Origin: Octopus vulgaris
Lineage: Eukaryota
Length of the DNA stretch: 64,000 nt
Direction of reading: 5' to 3'
Assembly: GCA_951406725.2 (NCBI GenBank)
Contig: OX597822.1
Location: 71,982,001-72,046,000 of the forward strand
Part shown: positions 9,965-22,126 of the stretch, piece after piece
How the letters are laid out: every line of letters starts with the position of its first letter
Numbering within the stretch: the first letter of the stretch is position 1
Made by a program: the position numbers and the translations under genes
The notes under the pieces: generated by a model
Told to the model about the DNA's origin: nothing
Seen by the model: only the letters and a program-made list of their open reading frames with translations
Database searches by the model: none

Positions 9965-10086
9965 TAGAATCAAATTAACAATCAGTAGTTTTTTTGAAAG
10001 CTAAGTAAAACTTTTCTATTTAAGATATTTTAAGAAGTTTTATTGTATTGTATACTATATAACTACTGATTGTTAATTTGATTCTA
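9965..10086. repeat. Perfect 26-bp inverted repeat with 70-bp spacer
   Basis: TAGAATCAAATTAACAATCAGTAGTT (9965-9990) and AACTACTGATTGTTAATTTGATTCTA (10061-10086). Confidence 0.9.
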
Positions 10087-11649
10087 GAAGCCTAGGGAGA
10101 GGGGTAATGCTGTGTGCTTCATACAATTTCATGGACCAAAATTACTGAATGGATCCTTATGATATTTGAAACTTAGATTCAATGCATAAGGGCGGGTATA
10201 ATGCAATATGTTTGGTTTGAATTTCAGATGGCTTAAAGGGGGCAGAACCCCCCATGAAAATTCATAAATTTTCAATGTTGATGAAATTTCAACCATGGGT
10301 AATTGACACACATCAAGAAGTATTCTCAAAGTTTCCACTTCACATGAGGATTCTAAGATACCCTAATGGGGGCCTTAACTCCCAAATTTTAGTCATTTCT
10401 TTTATGATCCAAAACTAAGTCGAAAGTACCGAATGGATCTTTACGAAATTTGGAAATTATATTCTATGCATAAGGGCCACAATTCCCATGATAATTCATA
10501 TATTTTTGCTGTTGATGAAATTTTAACCATAGATATTAGATACAAATGAAGTAATATTTATAAAATTTCATCTTCTTACAAGTTAGAAAGACCCCTTCAT
10601 GGGGACTTAACACCCACAATTTTGTCATTCTATCTAAGCAAAGACAAATAGTTGTACTCTTGGAAGCTGTGGGGTCATCCGAGCATAGAAGATGAGCATT
10701 ATTTGTAATTCAATGGTACAACAGTGTAAGAGTTTGCTTTGACATACACTTAGATTGTGATTTCTGCAATGTGCTGCATAAATTGTCAAGTAAATGAGAA
10801 GCATCTTTGCCTCCACTGATTCAGTTGCAAAGTGTTGAGTAAAGTTATTTGATTGCAGATCTCCTTTCAGTCTTTTTATTATCGCTGGGTCACACATAGT
10901 CCCCACATGGTAACATTGATTTCAAGGCCTTCGCAGATGAGTGACTGGTTATTCAAAGACATTTATAGATTGTATATTTATTCTGTCCAGTTACGTATCA
11001 GCATAGTGGTCATTTGCAATCTCCAACTTTCATTTCTCCTTAGCCCTCACATCACACAGTTGTTAATGTTTATTTCAGTTGGGTCACGCCCTTCCAATTG
11101 CTATAGATTTGTAATGCATCTTACAGCTGTGTCTGTCACCTGCATGGTGAGGAATACTACATTGGGAGTGATAACGACTAGGGTACTGTAGCTGACTGCT
11201 TATTGTGATTATTCGTCTTTTGGTTTCCTGTAGCTTTGCTCTCTTTTACAAACCCAGTGAACATATATTTCCTATTTCAAAGAAATTCAAACAATAGATA
11301 TGAGACCCAAGTTAAAAAGATTCTCAACAATTCTCTGGTTGACATTAAGATACCCACCCCCAATAGGGGTGTTAACTCTCACATTTTAGAGCTCCATGAC
11401 CTCCATTTTTCAGGAGCAAAATCCTTTTAACAGGTTCTATAAGACTGGAATTTTGGAATATGCGCATAAAAATCAGTAGTATGGGATACATGTGGCATGA
11501 TTACAATTTTGTTTGGGTGTGTAAAGAGGGAAATAACCCTCATCTGCAATTTTGATGAAATTCAAATCATAGGTATTTCAGTTCATTACAGAAAATATAA
11601 CAGAAAAGTCTAATTCTTCAATTGTATGTAACTCAGGTAACTCTGCTAG

Positions 11650-11700
<51 letters not shown>

Positions 11701-11719
11701 CACATGTACACATAGATAC

Positions 11720-11905
11720 AGGGAATTATTTAACAAGCACGACTTAAGAGTCTCCTTTAGTTGTGCACCTAACATAAAAAGAATTTTAACAAGCACCCAC
11801 AATACAAGGGGGGAGGCAGGTTGCTCTTGCAGGGTATATAATAACTGTCCAGTAGGAGGCCGATGCAAAGCTGATGGAGTCATCTATGAAGCTATGGTGA
11901 CACTT
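11720..11905 (+). mobile_element. Penelope-like element fragment: RT-EN linker with Cys motif and start of GIY-YIG
   Basis: Frame from 11720 (not in the ORF track) reads RELFNKHDLRVSFSCAPNIKRILTSTHNTRGEAGCSCRVYNNCPVGGRCKADGVIYEAMVT. This matches the FN....VSYSC.PNI...CxCR...CP..G.C....VIY.A pattern of Neptune/Naiad-type PLEs. Confidence 0.75.
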
Positions 11906-13139
11906 AGACAGCTATCTGCATTACCAGCAATGTACCATCCAACAGCAATATTAGCAGATTAACCAGGTCTCATGCCAGTACAATCACCACCAGGACCAGT
12001 GACACAGAGGAGTTAACCAATGACCCAAATATCACTGCCACAGATGATGAACAAACCATTATCCTCGATACCAACAGAGTGACCAGCCCCACACCATATG
12101 TTACCACCAGTACAATTGCCACACCTAGAGATGATGTCCAGTCCAGGAACAGTGACTAGTGAGAATGGGATCAATAAAGCCGCTTTTGTCCTGCTTTTCT
12201 TCCGTCAACCTGTACATAACTGCACCTTCCATGTTTTTGTTGTTTTTGTACTGCTTAAAGGCACGTTTCTTTCCTGCCAAGCTTTCTGTTTAAACCATGT
12301 TTGTGTTCTCCCAGTCAACAGCCTTATCATTACTGGTACTTTAAACTCTTTGGTTGCATATTTGTGTGAATAAAATCGTTTTTCTTTGGAATAGAAAAGA
12401 AGTCTATCATTATTTCTTCTTTTGCTGGTGTCTCAAATGTCGGTTAAATCAGTGTTTCTCAAAGGGGAGGCCTATGGGACGGTCAGACAAGTTGTTTTGA
12501 GAAAATTTGGTTTAAATGTTTGACAACTCAGCACTGTCCATTGTACAGGGGGCTATTTGCTCGTAAATATATATAGCTGGCTGAGTCAAAAATTATCTGT
12601 ACCTTCACCAAAACTTTCTTAAGGTTGGTTACACTACTTTTGGTGCTTGCATCCTAAAGGTTGTGCCCTTGTGGTTATGCAACTGAGGTTTGACCTTGAT
12701 CGCTCCAGGTATCTTTTTTGTGTTGCAAAGTAAACATGGCTACTTTGCTGACAATATGCACCAAGGAAGAACAGAAACAACAATGTGTACACAAACTTAC
12801 TTACCCTCGTATATATGTGTGTGTGTGTGTGCGTGCGTGCATATATATATATATATATATACGATGAATAGCCTTCGCGTAAACCATTGGTTTGTTTTGT
12901 TCTCTTACTTTATTATCATCTTATAATCATCTCATAATAATGACCTTTATGACTCGTATTACTACCTCAGTCAAGCTAAATGTATATATTTGTCACTACC
13001 TGTCATAGATAGCCTTTTCCTATTTACAATATGCATTTTCGTTGATTATTCATATTTTACCCTTACATTTCCACGTGTATTTTATATTTTCTTTTCGTAA
13101 CATATTTCTACTATATACATATATATATATATTTTTTTT

Positions 13140-15480
13140 TTATCTAGTTTCAGCTCATAAGCTGTGGCCATGCTGGGGCACCGCCATTTGGTGTTGCTAC
13201 ATGATTTTACTTCACGAATGCTTTTTAGCAATTGCCATTTGGTGCATGAGAGAGTTCGATGCAGCTGCCCTCATCTGCACCTCCTGCCATGAAGTTGGTT
13301 CATCTGGGACACCTGACAAGAAGAGATCCAGTTTTATTTTAAAGACATCTGCATCCACCCCATGCAGGTCTCTTAGGTTCTTCGGGAGGATATTGAAGAG
13401 CTGTATCTCGTCCTACATCTTGATGGCAAATTTGGAGTCCTTGGCACTATGCAGTGGCGCCCAGTTCTGGCATTTGTGTAACTCTCGATGCCAAAGTTTG
13501 GGACAAGTCCTTCTAGGATCTTCCAGATGTATATTATGACATATCTTTCTCGCCTATGCTCTAAGGAATAGAGTCTCAATCTCTTGAGTCTTTCCCAATA
13601 GCTTATGTGTTGCACAGAGGATATCTTCTTCGTGTAGCTTTGTTGGATCACCTCGAGTTCTGTGATTAACTTGACACTGGATGGTGACCATAGCTGAGAG
13701 CAATAGTCAAAGTGGCTTAGGACAAGTGTCCTCCAGAGGACCATCATGGTTTCCTGGTCTCTTGTTCTAAAGGTTTTAAGAATCCATCCGGTCAGCCGCC
13801 TACATTTCCTTGCCAATTTAGCAACATGCACATGAAAGGTTGCATCATCATTCATGTAAATACCCAGGTCTCGCACTGATTGTGCCTCTGGGATTGCAAT
13901 CCCTCCAGGTCCAGTGTATTTATTGGGTATTGCATTTAGTTTTGCATGCTGATAGCATAAAGCTTGAAACTTTTCAGCATTGAACTGCATGCTATTCTTT
14001 TCAGCCCACTTGTATATTTTGTCCAGCTCACATTGCAGGTGCTTAGTGTCTTCAGGGTTCTGTATTGTCTGTGAAACTTTTGTATCATCTGCATAACTTG
14101 TGATCGTGGCTCTCTGCGTGGCTGAGGGCATGTCTGAGAGGGTCATTATGAACAGTAGTGGTCCCAAAACAGTGCCTTGCGGAACACCGCTCACTATTTG
14201 CGTGTTAATGGAAGTGGCCCCATTGGCTACTACCACCTGACTTCTATCCTTCAGAAAGTCATGAAGCCATTCTCCCAATTTTCCAACTATGCCAAGATCA
14301 TGCAGTTTGTGACACATCATTCCATGATCGACTTTATCAAAGGCCTTTGCAAAGTCGAGATATATCACTTCCACATTTGAGTGGTTGAGCAGTCGTTTCA
14401 GCACCCAGTCATAGTGTTGTAGGAGCTGAGTTAAGCAGCTTCTTCCTGGTCGGAAACCATGTTGGGTGTCAGGCAGCAAGTCATTTTCTTCAAGGAAGGT
14501 GATTAGTTTCCTTCTGACTATTCGTTCCATTACCTTGCTGATGTGTGAGGTCATGGCCTCCGCTCTGCTACCTCCTTTATGAATAGGGCATATTTTACCT
14601 TCCTTCAGTTTTCTTGGAAGTTTGCCAGTTGCAAGGAAGCTCTGAAAGAGGAACTGCAGTGGTCTTGCTAGGACTCTCTTAAATACTTTTCGAAGGATTG
14701 CTGGGAATCCATCAGGGCCAGTAGCTGAGTTTGTTTTCATTTCATCAATAGCCTTTATTACATCGTCTTCCTTTATATTGATGTAATCAATCATCACTGC
14801 CCCTGTTTTTATATCTGCAGTGGTAAAAAAGTCAGTTGGATTGCTGACTTGAAAATGCCCTTGGGGTGGAGTGAAAATACTCTTGAATTGCTCATTTAGT
14901 ATTTCACTTACCCTCATTGGATTTCCTGTGGGTGTGCCATCCTTTTCAAGGAGTGGCCCTATCCTACAGTGCACCGTAGCTGTTTCTTTGGCATACCTGT
15001 AGAAAGCTCTGGGGTTAGATTTTATGTTGTCCATAGCCCAGGCTTCTTTGTCTGCTCTTTCTTTTTCATGGGAGAGTTGCATTCATTTTTCAATTTCCAA
15101 CAGTTTTATTTTCAGGCAGGACTTTTCACTGCTTTCAATTTGTTTGTTTAGGCGATTTAAAACTTTTGTATGCCGTCTCATTAGAATTTTCCTCTCTCTG
15201 GGGATTTTGCTCTTGTGTACAGTGGCCTTTCTCTCTGGGACACATTTGTAGCATATAGCTTGCATTACAGACATGAATTGTTGAAGTTTCATGTCGATGT
15301 CTGGCGAGGACATTCAGGCCAGTTTTGTTTGAGGATCTCTTTCTCGATTTGTTTCCAGTTTGCCTTAGCTGGAAAGATTCTGAGAGTTTCTTGTAGACTG
15401 CATGTCCATGCTTTTCTTTGGCCCGTACATGGTCAGCTCTACCATGTTGTGATCCGAGAGTAGTGTCGGTGTCACTTTCA
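13140..15480 (-). mobile_element. CR1-group LINE, 5'-truncated within the APE domain; RT pseudogene
   Basis: The 569-aa ORF has QHGFRPGRSC, YLDFAKAFDKV, SGVPQGTVLGPLLF and YADDTK. The APE SDH motif (LLSDHNMV) lies near 15450. Lesions: in-frame stop at 15083, NYRPISL motif deleted, frameshift near 13405. The C-terminus QLFNILP..FKIKLDLFL..PDEP continues to about 13213, followed by a 3' hairpin tail. Confidence 0.93.
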
Positions 15481-15507
15481 CACACACACACACATATATA
15501 TATATAT

Positions 15508-15918
15508 ACTCTTTTACTTGTTTCAGTCATTTGACTGCGGCCATGCTGGAGCACCGCCTTTAGTCGAGCAACTCGACCCCGGGACTTCTTCTTTTTTTTT
15601 TTGTAAGCCCAGTACTTATTCTATCGGTCTCTTTTTGTCGAACCGCTAAGTGACGGGGATGTAAACACACCTGCATCGGTTGTCAAGCAATGCTAGGGGA
15701 ACAAACACAGACACACAAACAAACACACATACATATATATATATATACATATATACGACAGGCTTCTTTCAGTTTCCGTCTACCAAATCCACTCACAAGG
15801 CTTTGGTCGGCCCGAGGCTATAGCAGAAGACACTTGCCCAAGGTACCACGCAGTGGGACTGAACCCGGAACCATGTGGTTGGTTAGCAAGCTACTTACCA
15901 CACAGCCACTCCTGCACC

Positions 15919-15920
<2 letters not shown>
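15508..15920 (-). mobile_element. Family A SINE, full length
   Basis: Near-consensus reverse-complement copy. Confidence 0.9.
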
Positions 15921-15953
<33 letters not shown>

Positions 15954-16298
15954 GTATATAAATTTCCCATTTGATACTACTGAAAAGAAGAAGAGTTGTC
16001 TATAAATGCTTATCAATATAGGATTCCATTATTCTATATTATCTAAATCTATGAACTATATTTCGAATACAAGAGAATATAATGGATTTTACACATAACT
16101 ATTATGGATTATTACAGAAGACTAACCAAGGAAGCATATATGGATTTAAAGACTCTCATACTAAAGTGTACTTACCAAAATCCAAAGCAGTAATTTTAAA
16201 TTTTAATTTATATTTCAAACAAACACCATTTTCCTATATTACCTCATATTAAAAAAAAAAATCTACCATTCTTTAAATTATACAAATTTCACATTTTA

Positions 16299-16390
16299 TA
16301 TCTCTGAAGAGCAGAAGAGTTGTCTATAAATGCTTATCAATATAGGATTCCATTATAGGGACAGAATTTCTGCGAAACAATTGTAAGATG
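16299..16390 (+). ncRNA. Minimal type-I hammerhead ribozyme motif with intact core (PLE pseudo-LTR type)
   Basis: Stem I TATCT/AGATG; core CTGAAGA 16304-16310; stem II GCAGAA/TTCTGC; GAAA 16374-16377; palindromic stem III CAATTG; cleavage triplet GTA 16383-16385. Confidence 0.7.
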
Positions 16391-16572
16391 CTCTAAAAAC
16401 TTAATTCGAAACTTTTAAAATGTCATTAAAATATATTTATACTGATACATATTTACATATATTTATATTTTTAATACAACAATTATTTTACACACGTATA
16501 TATTTTTCTGAAGAATTTTCTAATATTGATTTCCTGATATTAATAATAATATATTATATAAAATATATATAT

Positions 16573-16972
16573 AGGCGCAGGAGTGGCTGTGTGGTAAGTA
16601 GCTTGCTTACCAACCACATGGTTCCGGGTTCAGTCCCACTGCGTGGCATCTTGGGCAAGTGTCTTCTGCTATAGTTCCGGGCCGACCAAAGCCTTGTGAG
16701 TGGATTTGGTAGACGGAAACTGAAAGAAGCCTATCATATAAATATATATATGTATGTGTGTGTTTGTGTGTCTGTGTTTGTCCCCCTAGCATTGCTTGAC
16801 AACCGATGCTGGTGTGTTTACGTCACATAGCGGTTCGGCAAAAGAGACCGATAGAATAAGTACTGGGCTTACAAAGAATAAGTCCCAGGATTGATTTGCT
16901 CGACTAAAGGCGGTGCTCCAGCATGGCTGCAGTCAAATGACTGAAACAAGTAAAAGAGTAAAGAGTAAAGAG
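16573..16972 (+). mobile_element. Family A SINE, full length
   Basis: ggcgcaggagtggctgtgtggtaag...cagtcaaatgactgaaacaag(taaaga)n. Confidence 0.92.
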
Positions 16973-17079
16973 TATATGTATGTATAAGTAAATGTTGAAT
17001 GGTGAGAATGAGTGCTCAGCATTGCATTGGTGGATAAAATTTCTTTATTTGTGTATTAATGTGACTATTGGTTTCGTGT

Positions 17080-17330
17080 TAAGAGAAATATCTTAATATC
17101 TTAATAATTTTTCAAGCTGATCACATGGAGGAATGGTGTTCATCCCCATTTTGAATGAAAATGCAAAAAGTCTCAGGAAAAGTCTTAGTAAATCACGGTG
17201 GAGGAATGGTGTTCATCTCCATTTTGGATCAATTTTCCCCAAGACTTCTGTGCTTTCACTCAAAATGGAGGTGAATACCAGTCTTCCATGTGATTGGCTT
17301 GAAGAATTGTTAGGATATTAAGATATTTTT

Positions 17331-17335
<5 letters not shown>
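17080..17335. mobile_element. Fold-back/MITE-like element with ~100-bp imperfect inverted arms
   Basis: Left arm taagagaaatatcttaatatc..ttcaagctgatcacatggaggaatggtgttcatccccattttg matches the reverse complement of caaaatggaggtgaataccagtcttccatgtgattggcttgaag..gatattaagatatttttctta. Confidence 0.75.
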
Positions 17336-17370
<35 letters not shown>

Positions 17371-18109
17371 AAATATTTAATGTATGTGTGTTGTTAAATT
17401 CTTGTAGCTGTGGTATTTTGTCAAAGGGAGGTCTTTTTAAAGATATACAGTATTAAAACATACAGTATATTTCAAAATCAGGTGAAACAAATTGTCCTGG
17501 AGGTAGACTAGAAAGACAGGTAACAATATTTTGCTGCTATTTCAGCTCATTAATGCCATATACTTGATTCACCTGCAAAACTAATTTGAATTGCTGGTCT
17601 GATATATACATACAGATAGTGTAAAATCTATCAGCTGATGTGAAAAAGCACTGCACAAGTAAAACAAAATTCAAATTTTGAATTAGAAGCAACCTCATAA
17701 TATAAACCTTATCAATGTAACATACATCCTTCTCTCAGCTGAGCACTCCTAATCTTATGGTCTCATGAGTTCTGGGACCATGTAAAAAGCACTTATGTTT
17801 GTGCCACATAAAAATCACCCAGTACACTCAGTAAAGTGGTTGGCATTAGGAAGGGCATCCGACCATAGAAACCATGCCAAAATATACGTGTTGTTAAATG
17901 CTTTTAGGCTGCGGTAATTTGTCCAGAGAATGTTCCTGAAATAAGAACAAAATATCAATATCTGTTTTTCTCATTTATCCCAGGGTGATTCATGTTGCTT
18001 GGCTTTGAAGTATATGGTTTTTAACTCTCAGCATCTTTAAAGGGATGCTTATTTGAATACTTTGCATCTGAACTTGTCTAGACGTGTTAAGAATAAATAC
18101 ATGAATGAT

Positions 18110-18120
18110 CACACACACAC

Positions 18121-18151
<31 letters not shown>

Positions 18152-18460
18152 TGTATGTATGTATGTATGTATGTATGTATGTATGTATGTATGTATGTAT
18201 GTATGTATGTATGTATGTATGTATGTATGTATGTATGCATGCATGCATGCATGTATTATGTATGTATGTGTATACACACACACACATATGTATATATATA
18301 TATAGGAAATGAGACAGATAGATGAATAGATAAATAGAAAAAAAGATAGAGATATAAATAGATAGAAAGATAGAAAGATAGATAGATAGATAAATAGATA
18401 GAAAGATAGATAAACTCTGACAGACAGACAGACAGAGATAGATATAGATATACTGACAGA
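18110..18460. repeat. (TATG)n and (GATA)n microsatellite block
   Basis: Directly visible. Confidence 0.95.
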
Positions 18461-18814
18461 GATAAATATAGGTGTACATATGTGATTGGTATACTTCAGT
18501 TTCCATCTAATTAAATTCACACACATGGCTCTGGTCAACCTTGGGCTATGATAGAAGACATTTCTTAAAGAGCCACACAGTGAGACTGAACCCAAAACTC
18601 TGTGGTTGGGAGGCAAATTTCTTACCAGAGCGCCATAATGTAATGTTTACCAATGATTAGACAGGTTTTTTTTTTACATGTTTTACAGAAGATTTGAAAC
18701 AAATGATATTGTTTCTATGGTATTAACTCTTGCGTTTACAACTATCATGCAATGTCATGACGAGAAAACTCAACGCACACAAACATACATGTACATGCAT
18801 GCACATACACACAC

Positions 18815-18893
18815 ACACATCATCATCATTACCACCACCACCACCATCATCATTATTATTGCCATCATCATCATCATCATCATCATCATCACC

Positions 18894-18924
<31 letters not shown>

Positions 18925-19050
18925 CCATCACCACCACCATCACCATCACCATCATCAATATTAACAAAGAAAGAAGGCAAAGAAGGAGGAGGAGAGAAGA
19001 AGTAGAAGAAGAAAAAATAGATGAAAAAGTAAATGAAGAAGAAAAAGAAG
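18815..19050. repeat. (CAT/CAC)n and (GAA)-rich low-complexity tract
   Basis: Directly visible; explains the poly-I/T/S/D ORFs. Confidence 0.9.
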
Positions 19051-19713
19051 ACGGGAGTGGTATGACCCAGTAGTAGAGGCTGTCCATGGAATCTACTTTA
19101 ATGATCAAGTGACCTGTTGTGGTTGTTGCAGTAGTGGCATATGGAATTTTGAATTTAGTTCACAGACCTCCAGGATTAATTTTGCGGACTGTCAGGGGTC
19201 CACGGACTACAGGGTGGGAACCACTGATCTAGCAGTTAGGTTTTAAATTTTTACTACATTAATTTACATAGTTCACCTAATTCAAAATTACAAACCATGT
19301 GGCATGTAAAAAGCACCCACTACACTCTCAGAGTAGTTGGTGTTAGGAAGGGCCTGATGTGGCATCCTGGCTTGCTAGTCCTCAGTCAAACCATCAAACC
19401 CATGCCAGCTTGGAAAATGGATGTCAAACGATGATGATGAAGTGTTTCACAAATTGAATAAATTGCTCATTAAGAGGATACAATGTTGAGTCTCTATTGG
19501 AATATTTTTGCCTCAACTGCTTAAAAATACGCATATTTGTTCACACCCATTCCTATATTGCCCTTTTTTGTGTATGGGGTCATATTTGGATGTAACAGTA
19601 ATAAGATTATAAGACAAGAATGAAAAAAGACTCTTAGTATTTAAGTGAATGTTTAGATTTGCAGAACTATTGAATCCATAATGTAAAATCATCATCACCA
19701 CCACCACCACCGA

Positions 19714-21090
19714 CATCATCATCATCATCGTCGTTTAATGTCTGCTTTCCATGCTGGCATGGGTTGGACGGTTTGACTGAGGACTGGTGAGTCAGAAGCT
19801 TCACCAGGCTCAATCTGGTCTGGCAAAGTTTCTACAGCTGGATGCCCTTCCTAACGCCAACCACTCCGAGAGTGTAGTGGTTGCTTTTTACGTACCACTT
19901 GCATGAGGGCCGGTCAGGTGGTCCTGGCAATGACCATGCTCTCGCTCAAAAGGTGTTTTTACATGCTACCTGCACGGAAGCCAGTCTGACCAAGCTCAGA
20001 TGTTAAGACAATGATCATGCTTGAATGGTGCTTTTCATGTATCACCGGCATGGGAGCCAATCCATGGCCCTGGCGATGATCTTGCTCGGATGTGCTTTTA
20101 ACGTTCCGCTGGCATGAGTGCTAATCAGGCGGTACTGTCATCGGCCTCATCAGTGATTTTGACTTTAATTTCACTTGCCTCACAAGCAAAGTTCATTGTC
20201 CAATGAATGAAGGGTACTCATAAGCAGCTCGGTTACACCCAACATTCGGATATGCTTTTAACATTCCACATGTACAAGTGCCAATCAGGTGGTACTGTCG
20301 TTGGCCACGTCTGCAATTTTGATTTTGAATTCACTTGCTTCAGTAGGTCTTCACAAGCAAGATTTATTGTCCAATGAATGAGGGGTGTTCATAAATGGGC
20401 TAGTTACACCCACTGGCATAGGGCATGGACTATGGTCTTACTTGGCTTGATGGGTCTTCTCAAGCACAGCATATCTCCAAAGGTCCCGGTCACTACTCAT
20501 TGCCTTGGTAAGGCCCAATGTTTGAAGGTCATGCTTCACCACTTCATCCCAGGCTTTCTTGGGTCTACCTCTTCCACAGGTTCCCTTAACTGCTAGGGTG
20601 TGACACTTTTCACACAGCTGTCCTCATTCATTCGCAACACATGACCATACCAGTGCAATCGTCTCTCTTGTACACATCTGATGCTTCTTAAATCCTACTT
20701 TTCTCTCAGGGTGCTTACACTCTGTTGTGTATGCACACTGACAATACACATCCATCGGAGCATACTGGTTTCATTCCTTGCAAGCTTACGCATGTCCTCA
20801 GCAGTCACGGCCCAAGTTTCACTGCCATGTAACATGGCAGTTCGCACACATGCGTCATACAGTCTACCTTTTACTCTGAGCGAGAGGCCCTTTGTCATCA
20901 GCAGATGTAAGAACTCTCTGAACTTTGCCCAGGCTATTCTTATTCTAGCAGCTACACTATCAGAGCATCCACCCCTGCTATTGCCTTGGTCCCTTAGGTA
21001 ATGGAAGCTATCAACTACTTGTAGTTTTTCTCCCTGGAATGTGACAGAGGCTGTTCTCTGCACATTTTCTGTGTTTATAGCACCTGAGTG
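19714..21090 (-). mobile_element. 5'-truncated RTE-clade LINE (ORF C-terminus, 3' UTR and (GAT)n tail)
   Basis: GEKLQVVDSFHYL...RIRIAWAKFRE...RVKGRLYDACVRTAMLHGSETWA...LRWMC; the 3' UTR carries tandem subrepeats. Confidence 0.9.
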
Positions 21091-21321
21091 AAAATTAAAT
21101 TCTGAATCTAATATAACAAATACTGTCTGTGAATAATTCTTTTTTGAATAAAACATTATTTTCTAGTTGAAATGATAAGACCTGGCTCTGAGAGTATTCA
21201 GGCAAATGTTTGACTTTGCAGAACTGTTGAACCCACAACATTAATCATCATCATCATCACCACGATATGCATTCCTTAAAGCCCATTTTCCAATCTGGCA
21301 TGGGTTAAATTATTTACCAGG

Positions 21322-21557
21322 ATAAAATGTTTCGAATTGTACCACAATGCACTATAATTCAAACAATGGGCTCCAGAAAAAATAGAGAAAAGCCGCTAGA
21401 AAACCTATTATAGCAGCGACCCCATCAATTCCTAGGGATATCTGAGGAAGGAATTTTATTCCGAAATATTATCAGACTATAGATGGTTAAATTACAACAG
21501 GTATATAGTCCATTTTCTGTATTATGGTGCACTGTTGTACCATTCGAAACATTTTAT
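21322..21557. mobile_element. MITE-like insertion with ~50-bp imperfect TIRs
   Basis: ataaaatgtttcgaattgtaccacaatgcactataat versus attatggtgcactgttgtaccattcgaaacattttat. Confidence 0.65.
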
Positions 21558-21965
21558 TCTTTACGAACAATACATAATGCTTCAAGTGAACTACAACACT
21601 CTCGATTTACCAGGCATTGGCAAGTCAGAAGAATGCAATAAGGTCTACTGTCCGGATGGTTTCTAATGCCATGCGCTTTATTGAGAACACTGGGTGCTTT
21701 TAACGTGACATTTGTAGCTGTGAGGTCACCGGATAACTTGCAAGACAAGTTTTTTTCAACTGAGTGGAGTAGTATTGAAGGACAGAAATAGGTGTCTAAT
21801 TCTCTTTTTAGTAAAATATTCAGGCAAATGTTCTAATTTGCAGAACTGTGGAAGCCATATACGTAAAACGTTAAGAAAATTAAATTCTAAATCCGATATA
21901 ACAAAACTACTTTTTGGTGTTTGATTCTCTTTTGAGTAAAACATTACTCTTCATTTGAAAAAATA

Positions 21966-22126
21966 GTTTCTGCTATAGGCACAAGTCGTGAAATTTTGGT
22001 CCGGAGAGTTAGGCGATCACATCGACCTCGCTCAGCGGAATTTGAGCCCAGAACATAAAGATGGACGAAATACCGCTAAGCATTTTGTCCGGCGAGCTAA
22101 CGATTTTTTTCAGTTCGCCGCCGCCT
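21966..22126 (-). mobile_element. Family B SINE, internally deleted
   Basis: Reverse complement of ggcggcgaactga..cgttagctcgccggacaaaatgcttagcggtatttcgtc. Confidence 0.7.

Noticed and set aside
9560-10060. Very AT-rich block as a possible ancient mitochondrial insertion (12S/tRNA-like)
   Set aside because: Only vague resemblance (e.g. aagtatctaa); no conserved rRNA motif or cloverleaf could be confirmed. BLASTn to the mitogenome would settle it.
13373-15082. 569-aa RT ORF as an active or domesticated gene
   Set aside because: Upstream stop, deleted NYRPISL motif, C-terminal frameshift and 5' truncation indicate a dead LINE copy.
18678-19108. Poly-Ile/Thr, poly-Ser/Pro and poly-Asp/Gly ORFs
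   Set aside because: (CAT/CAC)n tract that is open in several frames by composition; no splice or homology support.
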